From the IMG/VR virus record IMGVR_UViG_2585427785_000006: a stretch of DNA of 7,081 nucleotides, one strand, 5' to 3'. Positions within the stretch are counted from its first letter, which is position 1, and the number at the start of each line of letters is the position of its first letter. Shown one piece after another: positions 6,145 to 7,081 of the stretch. The notes beneath the pieces were generated by a model that worked only from the letters and a program-made list of their open reading frames with translations, searched no databases and was not told where the DNA came from. The position numbers and the translations under genes are program-made. Source of the DNA: a virus (lineage: Duplodnaviria > Heunggongvirae > Uroviricota > Caudoviricetes).

Positions 6145-6561
6145 TTACGCCAGTTGTACGGACACGAACGCATCAGGATCAGCCAGCAGCATCAGCGGTG
6201 CTGACTGAATCATGGTGAACTCACGCGCCGGATCGCCGGTGGTCACCCAGTTTTTCGGGTAGCGGGCAGAGGCGTTAATACCTTCGCGCTGTGCGTCCGC
6301 ATCCTGAATGCAGCCATAACCAACACGGGCAGACTTCACCACATTCACCTCACGGATGTAGTCGCTGCCCATCGCATTCATGATGGCCCGCTGAAAGGGC
6401 AGTGTTTCCCAGCGCCCTTCCTGGTATGCGGATTCTTTCGGGAGATAGTAATTGGCATCCGCCCATTCAACGGCGGTCTGTGGCTCCGGCCTGAACAGTG
6501 AGCGAAGCCCGGCGCGGACAAAATGCCGCAGCCTGTTAACCTGACTGTTCGATATATTCAC
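6145..6561 (-). CDS. In-frame fusion ORF: terminase large subunit A residues 1-82 joined to the C-terminal ~56 residues of major capsid protein E
   Basis: GTG start at 6561 overlaps the Nu1 3' end by 26 nt, as in lambda. MNISNSQVNRLRHFVRAGLRSLFRPEPQTAVEWADANYYLPKESAYQEGRWETLPFQRAIMNAMGSDYIREVNVVKSARVGY is the gpA N-terminus. It is followed in frame by GCIQDADAQREGINASARYPKNWVTTGDPAREFTMIQSAPLMLLADPD.FVSVQLA, the gpE C-terminus. Junction at nt 6313-6318. Confidence 0.8.
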   Translation of the reverse strand: MNISNSQVNRLRHFVRAGLRSLFRPEPQTAVEWADANYYLPKESAYQEGRWETLPFQRAIMNAMGSDYIREVNVVKSARVGYGCIQDADAQREGINASARYPKNWVTTGDPAREFTMIQSAPLMLLADPDAFVSVQLA

Positions 6562-7081
6562 TCAGCAACCCCGGTATCAGTTCATCCAGCGCGGCTGCTT
6601 TGTTCATGGCTTTGATGATATCCCGTTTCAGGAAATCAACATGTCGGTTTTCCAGTTCCGGAAAACGCCGCTGCACCGACAGGGGGATCCCGTCGAGAAT
6701 ACTGGCAATTTCACCTGCGATCCGCGACAACACGAAAGTACAGAATGCGGTTTCCACCACTTCAGCGGAGTCTCTGGCATTCTTCAGTTCCTGTGCGTCG
6801 GCCTGCGCACGCGTAAGTCGATGGCGTTCGTACTCAATAGTCCCTGGCTGGAGATCTGCCTCGCTGGCCTGCCGCAGTTCTTCAACCTCCCGGCGCAGCT
6901 TTTCGTTCTCAATTTCAGCATCCCTTTCGGCATACCATTTTATGACGGCGGCAGAGTCATAAAGCACCTCATTACCCTTGCCACCGCCTCGCAGAACGGG
7001 CATTCCCTGTTCCTGCCAGTTCTGAATGGTACGGATACTCGCACCGAAAATGTCAGCCAGCTGCTTTTTGTTGACTTCCAT
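6536..7081 (-). CDS. nu1: Terminase small subunit Nu1 (intact, 181 aa)
   Basis: The ATG is at the window edge (7081). MEVNKKQLADIFGASIRTIQNWQEQGMPVLRGGGKGNEVLYDSAAVIKWYAERDAEIENEKLRREVEELRQ...SEYIEQSG is essentially identical to lambda Nu1 over its full length, including the N-terminal winged-HTH region. Confidence 0.92.
   Translation of the reverse strand: MEVNKKQLADIFGASIRTIQNWQEQGMPVLRGGGKGNEVLYDSAAVIKWYAERDAEIENEKLRREVEELRQASEADLQPGTIEYERHRLTRAQADAQELKNARDSAEVVETAFCTFVLSRIAGEIASILDGIPLSVQRRFPELENRHVDFLKRDIIKAMNKAAALDELIPGLLSEYIEQSG

Noticed and set aside
4986-6208. Plus-strand and alternative-frame ORFs overlapping I, FII and FI (4986..5192, 5038..5235, 5159..5359, 5304..5621, 5606..5899, 5611..5859, 5915..6208)
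   Set aside because: All lie inside or antisense to the minus-strand structural-gene remnants, are Arg/Pro/His-rich, and have no support.
6600-6962. Plus-strand ORF 6600..6962 (120 aa)
   Set aside because: Antisense to intact Nu1, with Ser/Arg-rich low-complexity translation.
1-7081. CRISPR arrays, insertion sequences, toxin-antitoxin pairs or other defence systems
   Set aside because: I looked for regularly spaced direct repeats, terminal inverted repeats with transposase ORFs, and small adjacent gene pairs, and found none. The only repeats are the short hairpins and the TTTTACCCA pair already described.

Overview
This 7.1 kb window is the yfdC-argW-intS junction of an Escherichia coli-type chromosome, followed by a heavily decayed lambda-like prophage remnant. 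Plus strand: the formate/nitrite-transporter-family gene yfdC (1..933), tRNA-Arg(CCU) argW (1009..1083), and a P4/CPS-53-type tyrosine integrase intS (1245..2402). Next comes a small YkgJ-like CxxCxxCC gene broken by three frameshifts, each at a homopolymer run (2623..2948). The rest of the window (3090..7081) is a minus-strand lambda left-arm morphogenesis module in lambda gene order but with large internal deletions: intact Nu1, an in-frame A(N-term)::E(C-term) fusion ORF, intact FI, FII lacking its last ~9 codons and joined to an N-terminally truncated I, a 345-bp non-lambda intergenic insert with terminator hairpins, and a J-like ORF whose first ~243 aa resemble lambda J but whose last ~190 aa I cannot place. 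I see no intact defence system, CRISPR array, IS element or toxin gene. The points most worth follow-up are the chimeric J-like ORF, the non-coding insert between I and J, the frameshifted YkgJ-like gene, and the retention of an intact Nu1 next to an integrase. All homology calls come from reading the translations against remembered lambda and E. coli K-12 protein sequences; no database search was possible, so identities are approximate.
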